From assembly GCA_013115145.1 (NCBI GenBank), contig JAAPAO010000327.1:1-39270 (forward strand): a DNA stretch of 39,270 nucleotides. Direction: 5' to 3'. Position 1 is the stretch's first letter; every line of letters begins with the position of its first letter. Position numbers and translations under genes: made by a program. Positions 1 to 16,118 of the stretch are shown one piece after another. A model generated the notes under the pieces. That model did no database searches. It saw only the letters and a list, made by a program, of their open reading frames with translations, and was not told the origin of the DNA. Source of the stretch: Perkinsus chesapeaki ATCC PRA-425. Taxonomy: Eukaryota > Protista > Perkinsozoa.

Positions 1-303
1 CAGAATTTTAGGGCGATAGTAAGCAATTTAGGGTGTGCTGAGGAAATTCGAGGGAGCAAGGTAAGTCACCAGCTGGAGGCAGGGGTCGAGGGGGGCACGG
101 GATTATACTAAACTTGAAAACTTGCACACACTAGCAATTTCCTAATATCGTCCCTTCACGTCATATCTTTATTCGAGTCGAATGGCATTCGGCGAATAGT
201 AGCAACATTACTTTAACTCTAGATTAAGGCAGTCCTGGAGACACACATAACGCACTATATGGCAGAGGCAAACACTCTGTGACTTTAGCAAGCATGATGG
301 CTA

Positions 304-2433
<2,130 letters not shown>

Positions 2434-3046
2434 TGCGGTAAAAGGATTGGAAGATGAACACTGGTATTCTCATAAATGCAGGTACCGGTGTGATGATCGG
2501 GTATCGTGCAGTGTAATCTTACACTTGAAGTGTACGCCAGTGTAAGACTTACACTATCTCGGTCACTAATTCAGATTAGCCGTAGACACTACACAAGTTG
2601 TAAGCATCAACAGGAGGGCACCATACTGGCAGAATCACAATCAGACAGAGTTGAGCGCGTTTCTTGTAACCGTTTCGCTTCTATTCGGCAATGTCACTAC
2701 CAATCTACTAGGGTAGTAAGAATATTAAATGTAAAGCAATGAAGAACTCGACCGTGGTGATGGACGCTGTCCATCGGACACCTATTACACTACTTACGAA
2801 TGTGATGTTCGTAGCTCTCGATTAACCGAAAGTTAGCCTCGGGGACCCTAGTTACACCATGCTTTAACATTAACGCCTACTCAACCCGAAAAGTCATTCA
2901 TCATAAACACAATGAGAAAACGAGGACCAGGACAGTGCACAACGAAGAAGACTCTATAGTTGAATAATCTCAAGCGCGTGACATGCTGCACGATACCGTC
3001 TATACACTCAAACTTGATAAGGCAACCTTCATCCATTTCTGAGCAA

Positions 3047-5700
3047 TCACTGTGTAGGGTTACGTCTAGTAAGAGTAGATGACTTACAGTCCTCAGTGGT
3101 ACTAGAAGCCTCTTGCGAGCTCATCACATTTGATATCGGCGCTTGTCGTTGGCCCAGCACAGCAGCTTCTAAGTCCGTCCAGCTTTGAGCAAACAGTCTC
3201 AATGAATTGCATGCATGGTAGGCAATTATGCCAGACATTGCGAGATTAGTAACCACAATAGCACCATCAAGCAAGTCGTTATATAAGTAGCCCCTCAGCT
3301 TGTCCATAACCTCAACGCTCTCCTTCAGTTTTTCGTTCACCGGTAGGCCCTCCGCTGAGCTAGACCCTGATTCAACTTTTAGGGCGATTCGAGTTCCAGA
3401 GTCTCTAAGAGCATCTGCAAGGTTCTCCAGCATGCTCCAGAAGGGTGATAGCATTCGACTTAGTGCAAGGTTCCTGTGCTGTTGCTGTGTAACACGTACC
3501 AAAGAGTCATGTAAGGTTAAAGCGTGTAGTTCAATGGAATCAATAGCCTTCTGATGGTCAATAAGTAGCTTCTCCCGGTCCTTGGGCACGCTCAGTCCAT
3601 CATATAGTCGCATCTCTGCGATAGCATCCGTACGCTGCTTGGCTCGTAGCGCTAGAGATTGAAATACAAAGTAACCACACTCCTCTTCAAATTTGTTATC
3701 GTCATGAGCCGAGTCGCTCCTATTGACATCTCCTTGCTTATTTGCCCATGAGATAACATTCTGCAGCTCAGAGCTCGTTCCTACCGAAACGTGCGTGATA
3801 CCATTAGCGGAAGAGGCCACTAGACCATCCATTGCGTAGGTTGGGAATATTAGCCCTGATGATAACAGCATAATCACCGCACCTCCAACAGCGAATATCA
3901 ATCTCCATAAAGACAGTGTCAACAGCTCGTCAGGTGGCAGTGGAGTCATCAAAGATGCGAAACCGACAAGGATCCACATATACACAAAATTGATACCAAC
4001 ATAACCAAGCTTCGGGCATCCAGCAGCCAATTGTCCGATAAAAGATACCATTATCAACTCGCAGTAGAACGCTGCCTTATTTCCGGGGTTAGCCCAAATG
4101 CAATATATTGCAAATAAACCTGCCAGCATCATGCCAAGTACACCACGAGTGCCTTTGAGCAAGGATTCACCGACCGTAGGTAGAAAACATGTATAAACAG
4201 GAACAGATGCCCATAGACCACACGCTCTAAAAGCGGCACTGTATTTGCCACCGATAATCACACCAACGGTTATAGTGAATAAAACGAGTGCGAAGCGAAG
4301 CGGTGCCCTACACCGAGACCATAGGTCACGAATGTCAGTAAGATCTGTAAAGAAAGGTTCCATCAACCAGGCCAGCAGCTCTTCACGAAGAGTGGACACC
4401 TCAGCTGGTATCTTGGTTGTTATAGGGGTTCCCTGAATCAATGAGAAATACGCTACGAAGGCCACTAAGCCTCTACCTTCGTTGAAGCCTCCCTGGCTGT
4501 ACTATGCTTTGCGACATCAGCACAGACTTGTCTGTAACGGAGCGCCAAGTTAGAAAATAATAGCAGGGATCCCATAGCGTAATAGAATCGGGGAGTATTC
4601 CTCCTGGCATAATCATCTAGCTCAACGCTACGATTGGCCGTTGAAGTCGTGAGCTCAGCAAGGACGGTCCTCATTCTGCACTCGAAGCCCTTAATAACAC
4701 CATCGAGCTCCTTAATATCATTGGCACCGCTGCTAGATAAATCTTGCCCTTTCGCGGTGCGAAGTGCATGGGTTACAGTTGATTGAAGCTTGCCAACATC
4801 AGCTGCCATTGGGCGCCACAACAAGCCGAAAAGCTCATCACCGAAGGGGCCTCCATTAACAACACTCTCTTTGAGGGCAAACAGCTCCGCTGCCATTCCA
4901 GAATAAATCGGCATCAGCTCAGGCGCCACTTCGGCTTTTGACAAGTCCAAACAGATCGCTTCGAAATTTTCCTTGGCCAGAGCAATCTCTCCAGTATGTT
5001 CATTGATGGTATAGAAATACTCAGTCAAACACTCGAATAGATTTGCAGCCCGAGACGTAAACTGATCTCCAACAGATGGATTCTCGTAATGTAAAAAAGG
5101 CACCTTCCCTAGGGCAGTTGCCAGGACCCATGAGATGAGACAACCAAAGGTGATAGAGGCTGCTATAATTGAACCTTCCACATACGGTGATGTTCTATAG
5201 AAAGCAGCTGGTATATAGGCAAGACAAGCGATGTGGTCGGCGTTGGGAATGCTACCCATTTTCGATCGTGCTTCAGGTAGGCCGAAGGATAACAATGTGG
5301 AGAAAGGTAAGAGGAGAAGGCAGCCCCAAACCCTGTTGAACTCTCCACCAGGATGGGCCGATTCAGTAATAAAGTGGACGATCATACCGGCACCGAAGGC
5401 AAGCCATACACTAAATAACATAATAGCCAGAGACAAGGCGGTGAGGGTACGCCGGTCCCAGAAGGTCACAGTAGCCATGCATGGGGCAGCAATCTGAAAT
5501 AAATTTAGATTCAATTAATGGGGAATAGGAGCCATCGGTTAATACAGAAGTGAGCTTACCAACAGAATAGAGTATGAGGCTCCGTATGATTCCAGAATGA
5601 GACATGGTAATGCGCTTATCCCAACGGCTACAGCTGCTGCTAATGCAGAGGCAGTGTTGATATATGCAGGAGATGCAGACATACGATAAGAAGGGACCAT
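3047..5700 (-). CDS. ALMT/FUSC (aromatic acid exporter-like) polytopic membrane protein with two membrane domains
   Basis: ORFs 4465..5514 and 3047..4465 are joined in frame by a 44-nt GT-AG intron (4433-4476: ASTK|GTPITTK). An upstream exon MVPSYR...SILL splices to IAAPCM. The second membrane domain has LWASVPVYTCFLPTVGESLLKGTRGVLGMMLAG, resembling the ALMT pattern WA..TV..V..TVGATL.KG.NR.LGT.LAG. Each membrane domain is followed by a helical soluble region. Confidence 0.7.
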
Positions 5701-5995
5701 AGTGGGACGATATATATGATGAGTGTTTAGTGAGAAAAACTAACGAAAAGCACTTCTATAAGCTTATACGCAAGCCAAGTTAAAATGCTGAAGAGTCACA
5801 CGCAAAAGTTATCTGTTATCTGAGATAACTTTCGGCAATTGCGCGCATGATTCCTGCGATACGAAAGGATCATCTAAGTTAAGATATGAAGTGTACTATC
5901 AATATTGCCCATCAACAGACACCATAATGATTAGGAAACTGTTATGCAGTTGGTCAGCAGTGATTCAACAGTAAGGGAGAGAACAGTCGGAACAG

Positions 5996-7223
5996 TTACG
6001 CCTCCTTCGAACTCGTGAAGAACTCCTTGAGGTCATGGATGTCCGCTAAGCTATCGAGGACCCAGGTAGCTTCATTGTACCTACTAGTTATATAAAGCAA
6101 AAGGTGGGGAGCGAATGGACCGTACGTAGCGGAGTGATTCACCTCTGGACATTGAAAACGCTTGTCCGGTATAGCAACTACTCGCATACCAGCTGCTAAG
6201 GCTGCTTGGACACCTTGAGCAGAATCCTCAAAAACTACACAATCCTGAGAAACACACACATTACCAATATGATACCGGGGAGACACAATCTAAGAGCAGC
6301 GTTCGCCAGCAATAAGTACTATGCGCCCAAATTCGTTATGTGGACTGCCGAGTTCCACTTGTCTCTCGAAGTAGGATGGTTTGAGAACTTCAGGTTTCAA
6401 TCCCTAAGGTGGGCACTATATACATCTTTAGTAGGAAAACGAGTTATCGATCAACCGTTTCATCCGCATTCTTCATTTCGCAACGAAGGATCTACCTTGG
6501 GGTCAGCGTCGAGCCTTCTAGCGGCCTCGAGGAAAATATCCGGAGCTGGCTTGCCGTGCTTGACATTAGGATCATCACCGCAAACACAAACAGGGAAGCA
6601 CTCCTTTATTTGTGGTAGGTGATTCACTTTCTTTTCAAACTGAAAAACTCACGTACTAAATTCGATAGCAATGCTTGTTTTTACTGAAGGAGAAATTGAA
6701 CTGGTGGCGACAGCTCGCTTTGGGTTGTACTTTTCTAAATCATCCATAATGTGTGCAGCACCTGACAACACTCATGGCACACTTCCCTCATCATCATCAA
6801 CAGCAGCAGCAGCAGCCTACCAGGCATCAACTCCAATGTGTCATATAAGGTGTCCATACATTCATAATACTGCTTTATATACTCTTTACGAGGAAGCTGC
6901 TCGGGGGTTATACCATTTCCATCTAAGACCTGACAAGCATGGATGGACCTAAGATACTCTAAGGCAGTGCTTACAATTCGACTCCAATCCTCTGGTTGAG
7001 TGCCCATCAACTTAGCATGTAGAGCTGGAGTAACTTTACCACCAAACTTCTCGATTGGCTTACTAAGAGCAATGGCTGAAGCACCTGAGGGTCGATGATG
7101 CTGATATGTGAGGAATGAAGGGGGCAGCAGCAGCAGCAGTCTACCTTCATAGTCTATAAGAGTGCCATCAACATCGAATATAAAGGCAGGTAGATCACTT
7201 GCTGTACTAGATGATTGAACCAT
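5996..7223 (-). CDS. HAD-superfamily phosphatase, HDHD1/GS1 (pseudouridine-5'-phosphatase)-like
   Basis: Motif I AFIFDVDGTLIDYE, motif III region CGDDPNVKHGKPAPDIFLEAARRL, motif IV DCVVFEDSAQGVQAALAAGMRVVAIPD. Start taken as MVQSSSTAS (ATG 7223). Confidence 0.85.
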
Positions 7224-7443
7224 CAAGTAACGATTAACAGGAAAACTAGGTTTCGGGCGAGCCGAATTCAAATGTACTCTTGAAAGCGAATCCAAGGAGA
7301 TATTCTCTAGAAACGCTATAATATTGCCATCGTATTCGCCACATAGAAACGGCACAGTAAGTATACAAAATGTAGAGTAGTATATACGGTAATGGCCCGT
7401 AAATAAACCAGAGGTACAGCAGCAGCAGCAGCATCACAGTAGA

Positions 7444-8050
7444 TTAGGTATGTCGCTGATAGATGTGGGATACCTAAAAGATCCTATGGAGTAATATTGC
7501 GGCTAAGAGCCTTACGTCAGATATTGTGCGGCAAGAACCACACCTTATGTACTGTGTACCCCATGGCGCAAGGTTCGATACATGGCACACAGAGCATATC
7601 ATATTAATTGTCTAAAATAATAGGAGGATGGTTCTTGACATCTCATCATTGGTAATACTAACCCTAGCTCCCATCAACACTCCATTCCCTGATGGCGCTG
7701 GTTGAGTGGTAACACTATTCATAGAATTACAACGCGGACATTGTACATATGTCGCATGTGGAGCAAACCTAATATCAATTACTACTAAAAAGATAATAAA
7801 CCCTTCTAGTCTCACTCTAACAGAGTGTGACACCTATAACACTCTAATCGTGGTTGTGGTGGGGGCTGAAGAAATAACATATTGCTAACGTTACGGAAGC
7901 ATATGATACCTCTACAATCCTCTTATTGTTACTTGCAATAGAGGTTATGCTACCATCTGGATTCTCTATAAAGAATGCCTCTGGACGCTCAACTGGTAGA
8001 ACCGAGGTATCCGTGGTAGGCGCCACTGCCGTGGCGGTAGTAGTTGACAT
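7444..8050 (-). CDS. Small protein with two LSD1-type zinc fingers
   Basis: Splicing through canonical short introns gives MSTTTATAVAP...RIVE|PPPQPRLECYRCHTLLE|FAPHATYVQCPRCNSMNSVTTQP...GAR|TINMICSVCHVSNLAPWGTQYIRCGSCRTISD|VSHIYQRHT*. Both fingers follow C-x2-C-x14-C-x2-C, matching the LSD1 pattern CxxCRxxLxYPxGAxxVxCxxC. Confidence 0.75.
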
Positions 8051-8222
8051 TGTATTACAACAGAAACTACATAAGTCTAATTCTTCCTCTTTAACTAGGA
8101 GTAACTCTCGTTCACTTCGTCACGTCATCGGATGCACGCCAAAGAGAACTCAGAAACAACTAAAGGATGTCTCAGGTAATGATAGTTGTTTAACGTGGAT
8201 ACAGGGTTTATTAAGCAAGGGC

Positions 8223-8688
8223 TCAAAGCTGATCAGCGTTGTCGTCATCATCATCGTCATCATCATCATCGAGATCAGCATAAAGTGATGCTCTAAAGTC
8301 CCCTCCAGATGCCCGTATATCTCCAAGTCGATCGCTGGATGCATCAAGGTCCTCATATCGGACCAATCGAGTCTTATCCACCATAACCTAACACGTAGCG
8401 ATCCCTCCTCGACAGCCTTATACCATCCTTCACCTTCCTCTCAATGCCCTTCAGTTTCATAGCTTCCCATCTGGTAGTGTCCGATGTATCACGTTTCTGT
8501 CGTTTTGCCTTTAACCTATTCGAGGCCACTGCAGCTCATCAGCTATATCCGTTCCTTACCCGTCCTCATTGCCGTTCCGCTCTACCGATAGGCTTCGTAA
8601 ACTATCAACACTATCACTACGAGATGACTGTCTGCTACTGCTGGACTTGGCACTCACTGCCGATCGTGGGCTCAACAACGCCGAGCTC

Positions 8689-8723
<35 letters not shown>

Positions 8724-8939
8724 CGAAGACGAGACGCTCCTCTCAGACGCCAAAGAGAGGGACCTGGCAAGTGGAAGGGTATCGGAGTGCATTAAGGAAG
8801 ATCACCTCGAGCTCCTGGACCTAGACCGCCGCCGATCCCGACTATGACTCCGCGACCTGCTACGACTCCTTGAATGACTGCTGGTTAGTGATGCCGCTTT
8901 AGCAGATTGACCAATGGGAACGCCCCGTCTGGGAGGCAT
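8223..8939 (-). CDS. Small SR-rich/poly-Ser protein with acidic tail and two YxDLD motifs (could instead be the 3' end of the EH gene)
   Basis: MPPRRGVPIGQSAK...SHSRSRSRSRSHSRDRRRSRSRSSR|SLSLASERSV(S)n...GNEDG|LKAKRQKRDTSDTTRWEAMKLKGIERK|VMVDKTRLVRYEDLDASSDRLGDIRASGGDFRASLYADLDDDDDDDDDNADQL*. Three in-frame GT-AG introns of 42-46 nt. The start is uncertain (8939 or a short exon near 9040). Confidence 0.55.
8689..8721. repeat. (GAT)11 trinucleotide microsatellite encoding poly-Ser on the minus strand
   Basis: Eleven perfect GAT units read directly from the sequence. Confidence 0.95.
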
Positions 8940-9090
8940 AATAGAGGGAGGTAGGCAGTTATAATATAATACAGGGCTAATACTGTGGATTGTTACAACA
9001 CTATAACGCTACACTCAAATGGACTGTAGGCCGCCGCCATTATTAAGAAAACTGTTAGTAAGTATCCAAAATGATAGTAACAATATGAAC

Positions 9091-12000
9091 TTATGTATAT
9101 TGAAGGTAAGTCTGAGTAGGTATACCCTTCCTACTATCAGATGGGGTTGCCTGTGTTGATGCACCTACAATACCAAGCCATTCATCCTCCTCAAACCACC
9201 ATCACCACTGCTAATGCTGCTGCCAAGGCTTACCCAATGACATCATCGATGCCGGTAGTCGAGGTGCGCTGCCTACTGTTCTCTGCCATTCCTCTATACT
9301 ACTCCTTGTAGCTCCTTGAGTTGCCTAATTCATACCTATCCAACAACTCTACCTCCACACACCTTACATGATATCTTCCTTCACATGTCCTCAGCCTCTC
9401 AGCCCTCACCGCAACCTACAGCAGCCATTATGTGTTAAACTAATAGCCAGCATTCCCTACCAACTTAGCCTTTTGCATATCCAGTGCTGTGATAACAAGG
9501 CCCCTGTCTTGCTCTGCTTGCCTTTGCCTCTCCAACCATATCTCATTTTGTTTTTGTAGTGTTCTCTAACATATAGCCATCACTACTACCCATCGTTACC
9601 TATATGCTGCCTACCTTCCTACGGTATGTTTCTTTAATCTTCTCCTGTAACTCCTTTACAGTGGCCTCTGCCTTATTCAGCCTCTCCTTCTCGTATAATA
9701 TCCTTTTATGTATATCCTCCTCATCACCATTGCCTAAAGTAAAAGCGGTTATATCTTTACTGCCACTATAGTTGCTGTAATCAAACTGTCCAAGTGTGAA
9801 CCTTGTCAATGTCTAGTATAGGATGATTCCCCACTAAAAAACCAGCAGCAGTTGAGACGAGAGTAGTGATGACAAAACCACTCTTCCGCATCATCACTTC
9901 TACCATTTTACTTCTCACGTAGTAATAATACTATTAAAACCCTCTCCCCTTTCACAACTACCCATTTGATGTTCCCCTACCCTTTAGTACCTTCAGGACT
10001 ATTCACAGTAGCAGTGGTCTCCCCAGCCAGTCTCTTAGCCTCATCAACATCTTTACGAGCTTCATCTAACCATCGCTTCGTTAATAGCATAGCCTTCTCC
10101 GATGTTTCTATAGACTTCTCAAGCCTTGCTTGCTAATGCACACAACATGTCCCCATCACCACTCCCCTCTGCCTATGTACCTTATCCTGCATAACCCTGT
10201 TCTCTTGGCGTAATGCCTCCAACCGTGCTCCAGCTCGCATTAGACTCTGCCTCAACTGCTGCTGTTGCCGCAACTGTTGCCCTATAGTCTCCCGAAGTGT
10301 CGGGGCTACTTTCTAAACAACACATATCGAAGCTCCACTAAGACAAGTCCTCCTTCATAGTACTTCATCATCATCAGCCTTGTCCTCCTCTCCAGTAGAC
10401 TGCACTGCATTCAGTTGTGGAGCTGTATGAGGGACCACACCACCTGAATAGAAGTCTCTAATAGTAGCTACCTACATAACAGCTGAGTTACCTTCTACAC
10501 TCCCTGCCACTGCAGGGTGCTTTAGATCAGGCAGGCTTGCTGTATGTGACACTGACAAAGAAGGTCATACTACAATATCCGCGACAGTCTCGAGGCTCAG
10601 CCCTCCCTGAGAAAGCCGAAATTGAGGGATGCAACCATCGATCGAGATGATAAATAATACCGCCTCACCAACGTACACGAGGTATATCGAGCAACAATCA
10701 ATACAGTATGCTCACTACCGGCATCTATCATTATCAAGAAAGTACATTATATTATATAATATAGCACATCTTTATTATATCCTAATAGTTTATATAGTCC
10801 TCGATAGTAGCGCATCCTATCATAATCCTAGAAGCCCCATACCTCATTATCCTAGACCACATAGTCACATATAGCCCCTATCCCAACCCCTATTAGTACA
10901 TTTATTCTCATCATTCCCCTCCTCTGTAATAACCTCCTCTGTTGAAGGTGCTATACTACGCACTGACGCTGTCAAATCCATCATGCTACTGCTGCTGTTA
11001 GAGGGGGAGGAGGAGGACTGCACTGGACCAGCCTTCTTCTCGACCTCCTCTATAACTGGTGGGTTCCGCAATATCGATGCTAAGGCTACCGGTAGACCTG
11101 AAAGAGGTAGTACAGGTGGAGGACAGGTATGCTACTACGTTTATCAGGCACTGGATATCCAGCTCTAGCCATCGTTACCAAATGCATTGCCACTAAAAAC
11201 TCCGGGTAGGATAATTGACCATCTCGGCTCACATCGGAAAGGTCCTGACGTAGATGACTCCTCCCATGATAGGAATTAACCTTTTGAAAGTAGACCGAAA
11301 CTCTACTCAAGAGCAAGCCTACTCGAGCTATCTATCTATGACGAGTTGTCTAGGACATACTATAGCAATCCCAATACTAATACCCAATAGCATCCTGCTC
11401 CCCTAGTACCCATATCTTAATGAGATTCTCAGAGCTTAGATGACTCTTTAAAAGAAGGTCTCTAGCATCAGCTCCAGCTACAAAACCAGAGGTCGATAAA
11501 GCCTTGAATACTTCTGTATACTTCTCAATATGCTTTCCTAAACCCACAACGATGTAACCCTTCATCCTATAAGCCAACAATACTACGCGAGAGCCTCCAC
11601 ACTGGGCTGCTTAAATCAATACCATTTGCTGATTCCTCAGCCAGTATACCATTAGCAACATCATCATCCTGTATAGAGTTGGAATACAGTGCCGAAGTAG
11701 GCAGGGGAGGGTTGTCGACCTCAACCCCATCAAACACAGGGAGCTTTGAAGGTGGCACCTAGTACAAGTTATATAGCAGCATACTATCCCGGGACGTACT
11801 GTTATCAGATCAGCTGTTATATCTGATGCTCCATTCTGAGCATGGGCTACTAGCCTACATGCCTGGTAGAACCTACATATAAAGTGGCGGCAACAGCAGC
11901 GTAAATGTATTATACCAATACAGTAGATGAACGAGCATGAAGCAGTATATAGCTCAAAGCTAGCAATATAACTCTATAAAGGTTTATATGGCAAGTCCTA

Positions 12001-12776
12001 TATATATTATCCATATAATGTTATTATGCTACGATCATATATCAGGCGATGAATACGACCTTTTCATTATTACTCATCTATATTAAGACATCCTTTATTA
12101 TCACTATCAGCCAAGCACCATATATCATGCAGTGCTTTCCTTGGTAGCTTAGATAACATTAAGAACTGTGCTCCTTCTTGTGCACTTAAACTTCCACGGC
12201 CTCTTTTATCTGCTGCCCGAAAGAGCTTAGGATACCTTGAATCATAGGATAAACAAATTCCAACCGTACCCTTACAGTTCACGCTCATCTGGTGTTAGCA
12301 CGCCATCTATATTACCAGGAGGAGCTGGTAGTGAGGGAATGCAGGTGTCTGATTGACGAGCAACAGCAGCTGCCAACTCCTCAGGAGATGGACCATATCC
12401 TAATAGAGCCTACTGTATATCAACTAAAGATTCATTATTACTTTTTCCTGCATAGGATGGCCATGCTGAGGGATGCGGTGGAGATATCGCTATCCTATTC
12501 ATCTGCTATGATAAAGATTGATATAAATCATACCGTATAATAATAACACAACGCGCATAAAATAGAAAACAGCACTAACCATTAGTAATACGGCTCACAT
12601 CAATACCCATCAACTCAGTATCCATTGCTAGCTCATATATGATGTTACTACATCGATCAATAACCTACATAAAAGGATACCTTACAGACTAACAGACAGC
12701 ATACATAAGGCTTACACTAACTTAAAATGTAGTAAAGTTACAGCATGGATTATATTCTACACAATACTTGTCCCAT
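9091..12776 (-). CDS. Eps15/Ede1-like EH-domain endocytic scaffold (two EH domains plus coiled coil)
   Basis: EH1: YPKLFRAADKRGRGSLSAQEGAQFLMLSKLPRKALHDIWCLADSDNKGCLNIDE|FYQACRLVAHAQNG. EH2: PVWRLS..EKYTEVFKALSTSGFVAGADARDLLLKSHLSSENLIKIW|DLSDVSRDGQLSYPEFLVAMHL. Coiled-coil exons follow (e.g. EKERLNKAEATVKELQEKIKE). Both ends of the gene are uncertain. Confidence 0.8.
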
Positions 12777-12908
12777 CGTGCTGCCCGATGGCTGTTCAGA
12801 GTATCAAAAACTAGCATTCTATATATGAAGGAAAATATGCCGAGAAAATGCCAATAAACAAGTCAGCCTGGTCAACAGTGAAGTGTACTTATCAAAATGA
12901 ATACAAAA

Positions 12909-14172
12909 TCAGATTCGGAAACCTTCCATATAAGCTCCAAAGCCTTCCCCATATACTACCCCATTAACTGAGATCTGGTCTATCCCAGACATCTCATGTT
13001 GCTGCTGCGATTGCCAATACCGTAAATTCGGTAGGATGATACGGTCTCGAAGGGCCAGACGTACCATAGGAGAAGCATCTTGGACTAGAGGCGACAAACA
13101 CCCTTTATAAAAGCTAAAATGTAATGATTAGTTGTTAGGTATACGGATTGGGAATAGTAATAATACAATAGATCTGCAGGGCCATTCCATGGATGACGTA
13201 AAGGAGGTGGCTTTGAATATACTAATTTACGCATACCAAGATGTGCTACCTGAATAACACTTCAACAATTCTGAATATACTATATTATATTTCCGTTAGT
13301 GACGTATCACTGCTGGATTGGTTTACTAGCGCGGCGTTTGGTATGTTAATATTCCTCGATGTCATCACTGACAGCAATGACTCTTACCAAGATTGTATTA
13401 TAATCTATAGCAGTAATATTAAACTCCGGTATTTATCGAATAACCGTTACATCAGCCAAGCCACACGAATACCGCTCTATAATCGATGATGATGAAAGTA
13501 AACATAGCTCTGCCAAGCATCCCCTTTACTCTACGCGATCGGCAATAGTACAAGAGTCCCCATAAGTACCCTTTATATTACCGATGGCTTTGATACATCC
13601 AATATACGGGCTATACATATAACAGCTTCCCTTCTAACCCTATCATCAAGATGACATAATCCATACCTATAATCCTCATCAGCAATACTCCTACTACTAC
13701 TACTATCGAAATGTCATATTACCGTGCTATCCTAGCAACAACATCCTCATAAACATCTCTAGCTAGTACGATACTTGGCTGTAATCTAGCCTCACATTCC
13801 CCGCCTGCCAGATGCCTCCAGCCCTCTGGGAACTGACTTTCGGGCATACCAGGAGCTCGACCTAGCTCCAAAGCGATATCGCACATCTTCCTCAATCTAG
13901 ATCCGAATACCTATCAAGTAAACTGTTGCTTTAAAGATAATATACCCTACTGATGGGTCCTCATGAACTCCTGTACATTTCGATAGGACCTCTGCATTAC
14001 TCACATATGCCTCAACCAACGCTGGAAGGCCTCCGCCGCCTCCGCCATCGCCGCCGGTGGCCTGCCCTCCCATTAGCCTATTAGCCACTCTTTTTGTATA
14101 ATCCCCTTTTATAAACATTAAACTCAACTGAGCATAAGATAGGGTGAATGAAACCGGTAAATGGGTAATCAA
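12909..14172 (-). CDS. Hypothetical HEAT/ARM-like repeat protein (boundaries approximate)
   Basis: Exon fragments LPALVEAYVSNAEVLSKC, LRKMCDIALELGRAPG...VLARDVYEDVVARIAR, YRYGLCHLDDRVRREAVICIARILD and LSPLVQDASPMVRLALRDRII carry HEAT-like D-x-x-V-R signatures. I could not build a complete spliced model. Confidence 0.4.
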
Positions 14173-14435
14173 GTACTGGCCATCATAATCATCTTCAACA
14201 ATACCTTACCCTTATATATCACATCCTCAACAACAAGACGAGCCTCTAGAAGGGTTAGACAGTATTAGGAGAAAAAGAACAGACCAGAATAGTTATATTG
14301 TATGTAACAATAATAGCAACCGTATTCATCCAACACTTCTTAAATAATTATACATTACAACAACACCACCACCCATATAACCTGCTTGACCACCATCCTA
14401 TCTAATAACATCTTAAAGGCGGCTGCTGCTGCTGC

Positions 14436-16118
<1,683 letters not shown>

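Noticed and set aside
7-33. Two TTTAGGG telomere-like heptamers
   Set aside because: Not tandem; two isolated copies are expected by chance.
2506-2742. 78-aa plus-strand ORF
   Set aside because: Non-ATG start, no motif, and it lies in the spacer upstream of the NDR gene.
4465-4467. Apparent stop and frameshift splitting the transporter (possible pseudogene)
   Set aside because: The stop lies inside a canonical 44-nt intron that restores the frame.
8444-8847. Plus-strand ORFs with poly-Met and poly-Asp
   Set aside because: Shadows of the GAT repeat; splice sites support the minus-strand poly-Ser reading.
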